Below are positions 59,200 through 64,000 of a stretch of DNA of 64,000 bases, piece after piece. A program made the position numbers and the translations under genes. Under the pieces are notes generated by a model. That model was not told the origin of the DNA. It saw nothing but the letters and a program-made list of their open reading frames with translations, and did no database searches. The stretch spans positions 32,001 through 96,000 of the IMG/VR virus record IMGVR_UViG_3300028837_000933; one strand, written 5' to 3'. Within the stretch, counting starts at the first letter, position 1; the number at the start of each line of letters is the position of its first letter. This stretch comes from a virus.

Positions 59200-59296
59200 G
59201 AGATCCGAAAACGGGACGGTTGGCCTAGGCCAGCGGTCCCTTTTCGGGTGCCGGCGCCCCTGGTTCACGCGCCGAGTACAGAGAGGGAGGTGTGTG

Positions 59297-59635
59297 ATGA
59301 TGAAAGTACGTGTTCGCCAGAAAGCGCTGGTCGCTGCTCTTGCAGACGCGGCCAGTTCGAGCCACGTCCAGCTGGAGGCCACGCGTCCGCATCAGCTGGC
59401 CGTGACGGGGCCGGAGGGTGACGTGAGGTACATCGGGCGATGCTTCTACGAGTGTTTCACGGAGCGTGTCGGTTCCGTCACCGTCTCCGCCAACAAGTTG
59501 CTGGCCGTGCTCGATGAGTGGATGCGGTGGGACTACGTGACTCTGCTCGCATCGCCAGTGCTGGGCGGTTGGATGCTCGTGAGCAACGAGCAGACCAACG
59601 AGGCCAAGGCCATCAAGCTGGCCAGCTACAGCTAG
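59297..59635 (+). CDS. Cassette ORF: single sliding-clamp-like protein
   Basis: MKVRVRQKALVAAL...GSVTVSANKLLAVL. Confidence 0.55.
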   Translation: MMKVRVRQKALVAALADAASSSHVQLEATRPHQLAVTGPEGDVRYIGRCFYECFTERVGSVTVSANKLLAVLDEWMRWDYVTLLASPVLGGWMLVSNEQTNEAKAIKLASYS

Positions 59636-59744
59636 GAGAGATCCGGAATCGGGCGTGTCAGTTCAACGTTAGACTGATAGGCCCGTTTTCGGGTGCCAGC
59701 GCCCGCTACCACGGGCGTTGAGTATCACAGAGAGGGAGGGTACG

Positions 59745-59948
59745 ATGGAAGGGCATGAGCATGACGACACGGACCTGTGCGCCTGTGGCGCGGATCTGCT
59801 CGAGGCCATCACCAATGGCTACGCGCACTACGCCTACACCGAGGGCACGTTCACGATCGAATGCTACGAGTGCGGCCTGGAGATCGAGGTCGAGGCCGAG
59901 GCGCACGTCACGTTCAAGGTGACGGTTCCGAAGGAGAGTGCGACATGA
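59745..59948 (+). CDS. Cassette ORF: acidic zinc-ribbon protein
   Basis: CACG...CYECG. Confidence 0.7.
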   Translation: MEGHEHDDTDLCACGADLLEAITNGYAHYAYTEGTFTIECYECGLEIEVEAEAHVTFKVTVPKESAT

Positions 59949-60307
59949 GAGAGTTTCTCAAGAGAGAGGTGAGGGGTGAGCGCCCCGCCGAGGCGCCCGA
60001 TGGCTGGATCGTCTACAACGCGCCGCGTCCCATCTGGGGCCACACGAAGTGGCAAGGCGACTTTGTGACTGGCGTGTTCTACGCGGCTGTAGATCCCGAG
60101 ATGGACGATGCGGACGAGATGGTCGCCCACAACCAGCTACAGCACGCGGCCGAGCTGACGTTCATCAGCGAAGAGGAATGGCGCCGGCGCGTCGAAGAGT
60201 ACGGTCGAAAGATGTCGGCGGAGTACGAGATCAACCTGGACGACTTCGAGTGGGCCGACATAGAGGCCAGCTACGCCAACTGGCTCCGGCAGGAGCACGA
60301 AACGTGA
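59945..60307 (+). CDS. Second ORF in cassette: acidic hypothetical protein
   Basis: ATGA overlap and AAGGAG SD. Confidence 0.65.
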   Translation: MREFLKREVRGERPAEAPDGWIVYNAPRPIWGHTKWQGDFVTGVFYAAVDPEMDDADEMVAHNQLQHAAELTFISEEEWRRRVEEYGRKMSAEYEINLDDFEWADIEASYANWLRQEHET

Positions 60308-60384
60308 GAGATCCGAACCGGGACGGCTACCCTGTCAAGGGGTGGCGGTCCCTTTTCGGGTGCCGGCGCAAGACGAGTCGCCGC

Positions 60385-60412
60385 TTGCCGTTCTGCACGT
60401 TTTGTGTATAAT
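60385..60412 (+). promoter_or_regulatory. Sigma70-like promoter embedded in the last repeat copy
   Basis: TTGCCG-16-TATAAT. Confidence 0.55.
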
Positions 60413-60461
60413 GGACACGGTTGGCGCGGAGCGCCGAGTAATCACAGAGGGAGGGAGAAAC

Positions 60462-60659
60462 ATGACAAGTCGCAAGTGGAGTGGAGTCGGAAAGCTAGTG
60501 CTGTACGCACTGGTCATCGCGGCCGCGGTAGCACTGTCGGTCGCGGTGGAGGGTGCCGAACGCACGGTCTCGCTGGTCGTGTTCGCCGCCATGCTCAGGA
60601 CGCTTCTGCTCTTATACAGAGAGAGCGCAAAATGGGCGGAGGCGTGCGTCTATGACTAG
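60462..60659 (+). CDS. Small two-TM membrane protein
   Basis: ATG after the repeat SD; two hydrophobic segments. Confidence 0.6.
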   Translation: MTSRKWSGVGKLVLYALVIAAAVALSVAVEGAERTVSLVVFAAMLRTLLLLYRESAKWAEACVYD

Positions 60660-61248
60660 TGAGGAGTACGAAGAGATGCTTCGTCAGGAACAGATGGCGA
60701 GTGAACGCGAGTCCCATCGCAGCCGCTCAGGAGTGCCGGGCTTGGCCGTGGCGCTGTTCGTGGTGATCGTGATCCTAACGTTCATCAGCGCCGGCTGGCA
60801 GTACGGCTGGTTCGACAGGTTCCCGTGGCTCCCCGCAGCCTTTGCCCTGGTGGTCGCTCTGTTCCTGCTGAGCGTCTGGAAGGGCTACCGAGAGGCACAA
60901 CGCGAGGCGCCGCTCGAGCCGGAACCTGGAGAGCAAGTCTGGTACTACAATCCCGACTGGAGACCAGCAGAGCCGCCAGACGCGATCCCGATGGCGGGCG
61001 GCGGGCTGCTGCTGGAGCCAGTCCAGAGTCCGTACCCCGAGTCAGAGGAAGAGCCGTTCATCGTCCAGCAAGAGGTGATAGCGGAGGGCGAGACGGTCGA
61101 CCGCATAGTGGTGCTGCTGCATGGCATAGCACCGATCAAGATCATCGTGCCGAGAGAACAGGCAGATGCAGTCATCCGACTGCTGGACCCCGACGATGTC
61201 GGTCCAGTGCAAGCAGAGATCCGTGTCGAGACCGTCCCCGCCGACTGA
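60652..61248 (+). CDS. Membrane protein (two TM segments)
   Basis: GGAGG SD; overlaps the upstream stop. Confidence 0.65.
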   Translation: MTSEEYEEMLRQEQMASERESHRSRSGVPGLAVALFVVIVILTFISAGWQYGWFDRFPWLPAAFALVVALFLLSVWKGYREAQREAPLEPEPGEQVWYYNPDWRPAEPPDAIPMAGGGLLLEPVQSPYPESEEEPFIVQQEVIAEGETVDRIVVLLHGIAPIKIIVPREQADAVIRLLDPDDVGPVQAEIRVETVPAD

Positions 61249-61262
61249 GGCGAGGGCGCGAG

Positions 61263-61295
61263 AAGGCCAGGGCATCCGCCCTGGCCTTTTGTTTT
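61263..61295 (+). terminator. Intrinsic terminator ending the cassette region
   Basis: AAGGCCAGGGC-ATCC-GCCCTGGCCTT followed by TTGTTTT. Confidence 0.85.
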
Positions 61296-61710
61296 GCCCG
61301 CGCTCGCTCTGGCCGGTCTTTACGGTTTCCGTCGCGCGTCTGCGCGTTTTTTTGCCCGAGAGGGGGAGGGCGAGCGCCGCCGCCGAGGCCGCACACCTGA
61401 CGCGCAAGCGTGGTGTTTGGAGTCGCTCAGAGCTATTGCGGAGGCATGATATTGCCGCGCCCATACACCTAGGCGAATGTGCTGGTGTTTGGAGTCGACC
61501 GAGTGTTATGCTGTCACGCTTACCGCGAGCGCCGTTTGTAGGCGTGCCTGTTACCGATGTCTGTCACAAAACGCGATCGCCGTAAGAGCCTATGCCGTTC
61601 CCAAAGGAGTGGCACTGAACTCGCCCCGAGATGTGCCCTGACATAGTGACAATCGTTTACTCGATTCATGCGTTAGATAGGGTACAATCCTTGTTCGATG
61701 GAGGGAGCCT

Positions 61711-62229
61711 ATGCACGAATTACCAGAAGATCGCATCCCCGACCACTGTCTTGCGAGTGGCACGGCCACGTTCAGCATCGAGGAACTCAAGGAGCATCCT
61801 CACAATGCCATCCCTGGCACACGCTGCGTTGAGTTCAGGCTGTTTCGGAAGGTCGTGTTCCGCCTCTTGCTTTTCCCGCGGCGCTACGAAAAACAGGTCT
61901 TGGGCCACAGGACACTTGTCAGAGGTCCAGAGGGTGGCAGTACGCTTGTCAGTGATACGGGCTGGCAGACCAAGCGCGTCACCACCAACCGGCGCAAGCC
62001 GGTTTGCTTTATGGCGCTCCGCCCAGATGGCATGTGGTTCCAGATTCACACCGCCTGGAGCTACGTCAAGGAGTATCTCGAGCAGCGCGGCATCATCGCC
62101 GCGGCCATCGAGAACGTCTTGCGCGAACTGGGTTGGGGCAACGTCATCGTACCCGACCAGCCCCAGACCATCCCCGACTACGTGGTCATAAAGACCGAAC
62201 CCGAACAGGCCGAGGGCCATGACGGATAG
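61711..62229 (+). CDS. Hypothetical protein
   Basis: GGAGGGAG SD; starts an overlapping operon. Confidence 0.65.
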   Translation: MHELPEDRIPDHCLASGTATFSIEELKEHPHNAIPGTRCVEFRLFRKVVFRLLLFPRRYEKQVLGHRTLVRGPEGGSTLVSDTGWQTKRVTTNRRKPVCFMALRPDGMWFQIHTAWSYVKEYLEQRGIIAAAIENVLRELGWGNVIVPDQPQTIPDYVVIKTEPEQAEGHDG

Positions 62230-62707
62230 ACAATCGGCTGACGATGCGGAATGGCCCACCGTCTCAATGCAGCCTTGGGGTGTTGTAACCCACGCGTGTC
62301 TGTACAGTGACCGCGGACTAAGGTGGTGGGAGCGCCCTCTGATCTGGCTCAAGCTGATGAAGGACCCCCGACTTATCGCAATATGGCGCTTCGAGGTGGA
62401 AACGATGCAACCGAATACATGGAGGGTAGCAAGCATGGAAAAGAAGTTGAGGGACGGCAGCACCGTTCAGCTGAGGAACAGCGGCTCAGTCCCGTACTCG
62501 TACATCGACATTGTCTCACCAGCCGGCGAGTGGTTCACGGGCGTTGCCCACGTCGAGCATCCGAACACGGACAGGCCCACGCTTACGCTGAATCGCCCGC
62601 TCGACTTTCAGCACGTCCAGGCTATCATGGATCTGGTCGCGAGAGACGCCGAACTCAGCGGCGTGTCCCCGGCCCCTTGGCTGGAGCCCGTAGCGGATGG
62701 AGAGTGA
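62219..62707 (+). CDS. Hypothetical protein
   Basis: Overlaps the upstream gene; GAGG SD. Confidence 0.6.
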   Translation: MTDRQSADDAEWPTVSMQPWGVVTHACLYSDRGLRWWERPLIWLKLMKDPRLIAIWRFEVETMQPNTWRVASMEKKLRDGSTVQLRNSGSVPYSYIDIVSPAGEWFTGVAHVEHPNTDRPTLTLNRPLDFQHVQAIMDLVARDAELSGVSPAPWLEPVADGE

Positions 62708-62710
62708 GCA

Positions 62711-63403
62711 ATGACGCTATCACTGTCCGAGATCGATTCACTCGATGCCAACGAGGTCGCGGAGCTTCTCGACACGCCTTGGCGCCCATCCTTTCCATCC
62801 GGTCGGCTCGCCCACGGCTGGCTGTCCGAACGCCGCCCGCTTTGCCAAAAAACGCTCATTTGGGATGACGATGACACCGAAGAAGGACGCGAGCGCTGTC
62901 AGATGTGCGTTGACCGCTACTCCCGTCTACAGCACCGTGACTTTCTGCTCAACCTGGACGTTGAGGGCTTGAACGAGGTCCTCAACAACGTGCGGTGGCA
63001 CTTTCCCATGAGCATGATGGTGCGCCACGCGTTTTTTGGCGGAGACCGCACCCTTTGCGGCGTCCCGTTCGAGCCAGGGCAACACGAATGGCCCGGCCGG
63101 CATTGTAGTCGGTGCATGGACGTGGTCGAGGAGTTACGTTTCCGGCTGTCCGATCTGCTGACGCAACGCGGCGAGGTAGTCGCCGTGGTACTGGCCGCTA
63201 CGATAGCACAGGGCCAGATAATCCGCAGCTTGATCCCCGCTGAACAGTGCTGGAGTTGCATGTACCGCTACAACCATGTGTCCGGCCTGAGCTTTTGCGA
63301 GAAGGGATTCGCGGGTTGGCTCCATCCAGGCGCCAACTGGAACCATCCCATCCTCAACTGTACCGACTATGAGAAAGAGTCGGTAGACCCCTCTATGACC
63401 TAG
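62711..63403 (+). CDS. Cys/His-rich protein with duplicated zinc-finger-like domain
   Basis: H..LC..CxxC occurs twice, plus a C-terminal CWSC..C..C. Confidence 0.65.
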   Translation: MTLSLSEIDSLDANEVAELLDTPWRPSFPSGRLAHGWLSERRPLCQKTLIWDDDDTEEGRERCQMCVDRYSRLQHRDFLLNLDVEGLNEVLNNVRWHFPMSMMVRHAFFGGDRTLCGVPFEPGQHEWPGRHCSRCMDVVEELRFRLSDLLTQRGEVVAVVLAATIAQGQIIRSLIPAEQCWSCMYRYNHVSGLSFCEKGFAGWLHPGANWNHPILNCTDYEKESVDPSMT

Positions 63404-63511
63404 CGGGGAAAGGAGTCCGCGTATGCGCTAGAATGGCTGTACTCTGTGAGGGAGCCGGGGCCGATGTTCCTGGGGGGACATCGGCCCCATCACACCAAAG
63501 GAGAGTGAGAG

Positions 63512-63784
63512 ATGGAATGGACAATCGAGGCGACCGTGTCGTTCGAGCTGTATGACGAGGACAACACGCCGCAGGAGTGGCTGGACAACGTGGCCTGCGT
63601 GGTGAAAACGCGAACCGTAGACGCCGAGGACAAGGTTTCGGACTTTGTAGGCCAGGTTCTGGATACGGCTCCGAATCTGACACCAGCAGAGCGCTCGCGG
63701 CTCCGCTGCGAGGCCATCCGGCGTTTTCAGCAGAACAAGGCGCATCTGATCGAGGAACAGGCGAAGGAGGAAGGCCGTGGCTGA
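63512..63784 (+). CDS. Hypothetical protein
   Basis: AAAGGAG SD; preceded by a strong hairpin at 63457-63488. Confidence 0.6.
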   Translation: MEWTIEATVSFELYDEDNTPQEWLDNVACVVKTRTVDAEDKVSDFVGQVLDTAPNLTPAERSRLRCEAIRRFQQNKAHLIEEQAKEEGRG

Positions 63785-64000
63785 CAAGGACGAGGTCAAA
63801 GGAGACGAGTCTCAGTTAGCAGTTATCATCCTCAAGTCGGGAATGGTTCTGTCGAAGGAAGATATTCGAGAGAAACATTTGGTCACCGACCCTGAGTGCG
63901 ACTGGTGTCACAAGAGCTTGTACGAGCCCATCGAAGCTATCTGGCATGAGAAGTGGCAGAAAGGATGTAGGCGTTTTTTGATCGAGTGTCCGCATTGTGG
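63777..64000 (+). CDS. Hypothetical CxxC protein (partial)
   Basis: AAGGAGG SD, GTG start, CDWC...CPHC; open to the window end. Confidence 0.55.
   Translation, partial: MADKDEVKGDESQLAVIILKSGMVLSKEDIREKHLVTDPECDWCHKSLYEPIEAIWHEKWQKGCRRFLIECPHC

Larger units (their letters stand above)
45402..60461 (+). repeat. Array of ~30 double-hairpin+SD elements separating gene cassettes
   Basis: Core GAGA(C/T)CC..GGG(A/G)CG..GGTCCCTTTT(CG/GT)GGTG..AGGGAG(G/A)G..start. Copies near 45402, 45655, 46200, 46640, 47237, 47760, 48068, 48745, 49113, 49600, 49955, 50468, 51167, 51624, 52127, 52597, 53414, 53818, 54172, 54586, 55088, 55408, 56268, 56840, 57345, 58092, 58733, 59198, 59636, 60306. Confidence 0.95.

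Noticed and set aside
45402-60461. CRISPR array interpretation of the repeats
   Set aside because: Repeats are 90-160 nt, the intervening segments are 110-770 nt ORFs with SD and stop codons, and no cas gene is present.
45402-60461. Classical integron (attC/intI)
   Set aside because: No RYYYAAC...GTTRRRY boxes and no tyrosine recombinase in the window.
45402-60461. Repeats as intrinsic terminators or sigma70 promoters
   Set aside because: The TTTT run is part of the P1 stem and is followed by GC-rich sequence; only the last copy has -35/-10 boxes. Weak termination cannot be fully excluded.
63148-63164. 17-nt exact match (GTCCGATCTGCTGACGC) to one P2 hairpin subtype inside a CDS
   Set aside because: Same strand, encodes common residues (LSDLLT) and has no flanking repeat; plausibly chance.
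1-64000. Genome-wide amber recoding
   Set aside because: Many genes end at TAG directly before the next SD or repeat; only one in-frame TAG case was seen, and no suppressor tRNA.

Overview
The window is a 64-kb slice of a tailed phage, most likely a siphovirus (long tape measure, frameshifted tail chaperone); no integrase is seen. Positions 1-41.3 kb form a minus-strand late module with tail, portal and head-morphogenesis genes, accessory virion genes, a protease-scaffold-capsid fusion, terminase and a ParB/DNA-modification cluster. A tRNA-Glu-like gene at 41.5 kb carries a 69-nt insertion in its D-loop. A ~2.2-kb non-coding, strand-biased AAACCGTG-type repeat array follows (42.5-44.8 kb). 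The most striking feature is 45.4-60.5 kb, where about 30 copies of a 90-160 nt double-hairpin plus Shine-Dalgarno element each precede a short unrelated ORF, forming an integron-like gene-cassette array with no recombinase in the window. The hairpins show compensatory changes, and their left and right halves recombine independently between copies. The first cassettes are recoded to avoid AG/GC/CT dinucleotides. The cargo includes four single-domain sliding-clamp-like proteins, a tandem PC4-like protein and a SprT-like protease. All calls come from reading motifs by eye; no database search was run.
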